Part shown: positions 60,277 to 64,000 of the stretch, piece after piece
Position numbering within the stretch: the stretch's first letter is position 1
How the letters are laid out: each line of letters starts with the position of its first letter
NCBI GenBank assembly: GCA_963847565.1
Contig: CAWKAE010000004.1
Coordinates: 16,151-80,150 of the forward strand
Length of the DNA: 64,000 nucleotides
Direction: 5' to 3'
Source: an uncultured Halobacteria archaeon
GTDB taxonomy: Bacteria; Pseudomonadota; Gammaproteobacteria; UBA9214
Position numbers and translations under genes: made by a program
Notes under the pieces: model-generated
What the model was told of the DNA's origin: nothing
What the model saw: the letters and a program-made list of their open reading frames with translations, nothing else
Database searches by the model: none

Positions 60277-61437
60277 GTGCATATTGCAGACCGCATGCAC
60301 TTGATCCAGCCATTTCACGTGATGGCATTACTGGCGCGTGCGCGCGAGCTCGAAGCGACCGGTCGTTCCATTGTCCACATGGAAATTGGCGAGCCGGATT
60401 TTATAACGCCGCAGCCGGTAATCGACGCCGGTATGGCCGCGCTTGCTGCCGGTAAAACACACTACACACCGGCTACCGGCCTGCCGGCGCTGCGGGAACG
60501 CATTGCCGGTTTTTACCAGTCGCGTTACGGTGTCAGCGTCGCGCCTGAACGTATTGTAATTACACCGGGTGCATCGGCGGCCCTGCAACTTGTTATGGCC
60601 ATGCTGGTCAATCCGGGTGACCGGGTGTTGATGGCCGATCCGGGATACCCGTGTAACCGGAATTTCGTCTACCTGCTGAATGGTGAGCCGGTCGGTATCC
60701 CGGTCGACGCCGATTCCGAGTACCAGCCGACACCGCAGCAGGTTGAGCAGCACTGGGATGATGCTACGGTTGCCTTGCTGGTTGCCTCGCCATCCAACCC
60801 GACCGGCACGGTGCTGGATGCGGAAACATTGCGCGCCTACCATGCCGTTACCTCGCAGCATGCCGGCGCGCTGGTCGTCGACGAGATTTATCACGGTTTG
60901 ACCTATGAGCGGCAGGCGGAAACCGCCCTGTCGATTGCCGACGACGTGACGGTGGTCAACAGTTTCTCGAAGTATTTCGGCATGACTGGCTGGCGACTCG
61001 GCTGGCTGGTGGTGCGGGATGAGTACGTTGCGGGCATCGACAAGCTGGCGCAGAACCTGTTTCTGGCGGCGCCCACGGTTGCGCAGCACGCCGCGCTTGC
61101 GGCATTCGAGGATGAAAATATTGCCATCCTCGAAGCACGCCGCGCGGCGTTTCGTGAACGACGTGATTTCCTGTTACCCGCCTTGCGTGATCTCGGCTTC
61201 GATATCCCGGTGACCCCGGATGGCGCCTTTTATCTTTATGCCGGCTGCAGCCGTTTTACGGATGACAGTTACCGGTTTTCGATGGACTTGCTGGAGCAGG
61301 CCGGGGTGGCGATTACGCCGGGTCTCGATTTCGGTCACTACCGGCCGGAAACGCATGTGCGTTTCGCCTATACCACGTCACTGGAAAACCTCGAGGAAGG
61401 GATCAATCGGCTGGCGACGTTTGTGAGCCGGGCCTGA
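60277..61437 (+). CDS. Class I/II pyridoxal-phosphate-dependent aminotransferase
   Basis: A 386-aa ORF with the PLP-lysine region SFSKYFGMTGWRLGW and an NPTG motif. The start may be the Met at about 60295. The 3' end overlaps the convergent cysZ by about 35 bp. Confidence 0.85.
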   Translation: MHIADRMHLIQPFHVMALLARARELEATGRSIVHMEIGEPDFITPQPVIDAGMAALAAGKTHYTPATGLPALRERIAGFYQSRYGVSVAPERIVITPGASAALQLVMAMLVNPGDRVLMADPGYPCNRNFVYLLNGEPVGIPVDADSEYQPTPQQVEQHWDDATVALLVASPSNPTGTVLDAETLRAYHAVTSQHAGALVVDEIYHGLTYERQAETALSIADDVTVVNSFSKYFGMTGWRLGWLVVRDEYVAGIDKLAQNLFLAAPTVAQHAALAAFEDENIAILEARRAAFRERRDFLLPALRDLGFDIPVTPDGAFYLYAGCSRFTDDSYRFSMDLLEQAGVAITPGLDFGHYRPETHVRFAYTTSLENLEEGINRLATFVSRA

Positions 61438-62161
61438 ATTCGCCAACCCACATGGCAGTGGCGCCGGCGACCGCCACCGGCATGGCGAGAAAATTCAGTA
61501 ATGGCACCATCGTTATCAGCAGCGTGCCGCCACCGAAGCCCCAGGCGAGCATGCGCCGGCCACGCAGTAGTTTGCGTTGTGCCGAAAACATCAGCCGATG
61601 GTTGGCCATCGGGTAATCGGCGTACTCGATGGCCAGCATCCACGCGCTGAACAGCGCCCACAGCACGGGTGCTGCCAGGTTGATGCCCGGGATAACAAAC
61701 AGGATACCCATCGGTATTGCGCGCAACACGAAGTAGAGCAATTTGCGCAGTTCCGAGAACAGGCTGGGGACAACATCTTTCAGCAGTGCCTGCCAGCCGC
61801 CGGTCGCGATCGGTTGTCCGGTCAGGTGCTGTTCAACCGCCTCGGCCAGCATGCCATTGAAGGGTGCGGCCACCAGGTTAGTCAGAATCGAAAAACTGTA
61901 GAACACCACCAGCACACCGGCCAGCGTAAATATCGGCCATGCCAGGTAACGCAGCCAGTCCAGCCAGCCCGGAATTTTCGCCAGCAGCGAATCAACCATG
62001 ATGTCCAGCCACCAGCCAAGCGCAAACAGTGCGCCACTGAACACCAGTATGCTGATCAGCAGCGGTACCGCCACGTAGCGGCGCAGGCCGGGTTGACGAA
62101 TCAGGCGGAAGCCTTCCAGCAGGTAATGAAAGCCGGAATGACGTGTGGGTTTACCAGGCAT
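61403..62161 (-). CDS. cysZ: Sulfate transporter CysZ (EI24 family membrane protein)
   Basis: A 252-aa ORF collinear with E. coli CysZ (GFYYFAQGWKL.., AAPFNGLLAE, FSAWMLAIQY, MPVAVCGATAMWV). Confidence 0.85.
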   Translation of the reverse strand: MPGKPTRHSGFHYLLEGFRLIRQPGLRRYVAVPLLISILVFSGALFALGWWLDIMVDSLLAKIPGWLDWLRYLAWPIFTLAGVLVVFYSFSILTNLVAAPFNGMLAEAVEQHLTGQPIATGGWQALLKDVVPSLFSELRKLLYFVLRAIPMGILFVIPGINLAAPVLWALFSAWMLAIEYADYPMANHRLMFSAQRKLLRGRRMLAWGFGGGTLLITMVPLLNFLAMPVAVAGATAMWVGEFRPGSQTSPAD

Positions 62162-62230
62162 GTTCAGGGCGCTGTCGGAGCGGATCGCATTCGCGATATT
62201 CTATCGTGTATTCACTGCACGCAGCGCGAT

Positions 62231-63506
62231 CTACAGTGATTTGCTCCGCATCGCCAGCAGGGCCGCGCCATACGCGGCTTCCTGCTGCTTTGCTGCAATG
62301 ACCGGTACACCCAGTGCTCGCTCGCGCATCAGCCGCCAGCCTGCGTTGACTGCACCACCGCCGGTGGTAAGGATGCGTGCCGGCGCCGGTGCACCGAGCG
62401 CCGCCAGCAACGCATAACCGCGTGCTTCGATGGCCGTAATGCCTTCCAGGATGCCCTGGAAAAACACCGCATCATCAGCGGGGCGTGGCGATAGCCGGGG
62501 TGCCAGCGACGGGTCGTTGACCGGAAAGCGTTCGCCTGTCGCCGGTAGCGGGTAGTAATCCAGGCCGGTTGGCCGGTCGATTTGCAGGCTGGCCGTATAA
62601 CGGTCAATTGCCTCGCGATCGAAGAACTGTGCCAATACGGCGCCGCCGGTGTTGGATGCGCCACCGACCAGCCAGTGATCACCGAGACGATGGCTGTATA
62701 CGCCCCGGTCCGGGTCTGACACGGGGTGTTCAGACAGTACTTTCAAGACCAGTGTGCTGCCGAGCGCCGTGACCGCGTCGCCGGGGCCGGCGCCGGTCGC
62801 GATGAAGCTGGCCGTGCTGTCGGTGGTGCCGCTGACAACGCGCGTGTCCGGGCGAAACCCCCAGCGTTGGCAGTTAGCCGTGGCGAGCGGTCCCAGGTCG
62901 CGCCCGGCCGGCACCACGTCCGGCAGCAGGGCGGCCGGGACTGGCAGCTGCTGTAACCAGTCGGGCCAGCGGCGTGCGCGCGGGTCATAGCCCAGTTTGA
63001 GGGCATTGTTCTCGTCGCTGACCCCAAATCGTCCGCGCAGTCGGCCGGTCAGCCAGTCTGCCTGGTGCAGCGCATGCGCGGCCTGGTCAGCAGCCGGGTG
63101 TATCAAGTAACCAGAGTAATTTGGCGAGACTGGCGCTGGCACCGTGTGCCGCTGATGCGGCCGGGGCTATGTTCGCGACAGCGGCCGCCGCCGCCCGGGC
63201 GCGGTTGTCGTTGTACATCAGCGCCGGGGACAGCGGACGCCCGTTTGCATCGCAGAGCAGCAGGGTTGAGGAGGTGCCGTCGATGCAGATTGAGCGGATA
63301 CGGGACAGGTCGAGGCCTGTGCCAAGGCGGTCCAGGCAGTCGCCCAGTGCCGTCCACCAGATTTCCGGGTCCTGTTCCACCGCGCTATCCCGGCGCAGCG
63401 GGGCCGGCAGTGGCTGGCGCACCGTCTCCAGCAACTGGCCATGCTCATCAATGACGCAGCAGCGACAGCCTGACGTGCCGAAATCGATGCCTAGGTAAGC
63501 GTCCAT
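62231..63506 (-). CDS. FGGY-family carbohydrate kinase, split by an apparent frameshift near 63100-63140
   Basis: The N-terminal track ORF 63087..63506 (MDAYLGIDFGTSGCRC...IDGTSSTLLL) is the FGGY N-domain. The track ORF 62231..63142 carries the C-domain (GTTDSTASFIATGAG...HWLVGGASNTGGAVL...ILTTGGGAVN). The two pieces overlap by about 55 bp in different frames. Confidence 0.75.
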
Positions 63507-63557
63507 GAGTGTCCCGGGAACGCGTGATTGAGGTCGGAATTAGTGAAATATCAGTAA

Positions 63558-63947
63558 TTATGGCAGATCTACCGGTGCGGGTGGCTGCCAGTCCGGTTGG
63601 CGGTGCTCAACGACGACATCGGTGTAGATGCCGCCACGGACCATGAATTCCGCGCGCAGTTGCATGTAGCGGGGCTGGCAGGCCGCCACCAGGTCCGCCA
63701 GGATCCGGTTGGTGACCGCTTCGTGGAACGCGCCTTCGTCACGCCAGGACCAGACGTAGAGCTTGAGAGACTTGAGTTCGACACAGGCCTGGTCCGGCAC
63801 GTAGGCGAGGTACAGGGTGGCGAAGTCCGGCTGGCCGGTTTTCGGGCACAGGCAGGTGAATTCCGGCATCCGGATACGAATGGTGTAGTCCCGCTCCGGA
63901 TGCGGATTCGGGAAGGTCTCGAGGTCCTTGCTGGGTAGAGTAGACAT
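63558..63947 (-). CDS. queF: NADPH-dependent 7-cyano-7-deazaguanine reductase QueF (single-domain type)
   Basis: The QueF motif TCLCP is in [17 protein letters not shown] and the C-terminal E(S/L)K(S)LK-type motif is in ELKSLKLY. The start is taken at the Met beginning [10 protein letters not shown]. The track ORF adds 12 aa. Confidence 0.88.
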   Translation of the reverse strand: MSTLPSKDLETFPNPHPERDYTIRIRMPEFTCLCPKTGQPDFATLYLAYVPDQACVELKSLKLYVWSWRDEGAFHEAVTNRILADLVAACQPRYMQLRAEFMVRGGIYTDVVVEHRQPDWQPPAPVDLP

Positions 63948-64000
63948 GCGGGCACCATACAAGACACAAGATGATGGGTGCAAGAAATTCCCGATAACAA

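Overview
This 64-kb window is GC-rich (about 60 %) gammaproteobacterial chromosome, and most of it is conserved housekeeping DNA. Nearly all of it is on the + strand, and the gene order resembles Xanthomonadales or related lineages.

Genes in order:
- The heat-shock cluster: hrcA (3' part), grpE, dnaK and dnaJ. sigma-32-type promoters sit in front of grpE and dnaK.
- dapB, carA, carB, greA, a small membrane protein, and yhbY on the - strand.
- rlmE, ftsH, folP and glmM.
- A family-2 glycosyltransferase with a TPR domain on the - strand.
- tpiA (disrupted), secG and tRNA-Leu(GAG).
- A complete 14-gene nuoA-N complex I operon with separate nuoC and nuoD.
- An accessory two-component module: an OmpR-type regulator, a LysM/FecR-domain protein and a CHASE2 histidine kinase, followed by a repeat-rich lipoprotein with a peptidoglycan-binding domain.
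- Initiator tRNA-fMet, rimP, nusA, infB, rbfA, truB, rpsO and pnp.
- A mostly - strand block: an acidic His-rich hypothetical protein, a Sel1-repeat protein, a YheT-like hydrolase, acs, gluQ and dksA, then cbbY-like HAD and an aminotransferase on the + strand, then cysZ, an FGGY kinase and queF on the - strand.

Observations beyond routine annotation:
- DksA carries a roughly 95-aa lysine/alanine-rich N-terminal extension that resembles histone H1.
- At least three families of short inverted-repeat elements sit in intergenic spacers, including inside the carAB and nuo operons.
- An 111-bp tandem repeat (about 2.5 copies) with a GC-rich palindrome lies between nuoA and nuoB.
- At least eight apparent single-base frameshifts split otherwise intact genes (tpiA twice, nuoH, nuoL, the FecR-like gene, the CHASE2 kinase, the FGGY kinase and the His-rich gene). 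These most likely reflect indel errors in the assembly but need checking.

No CRISPR array, rRNA, integrase or transposase was seen.
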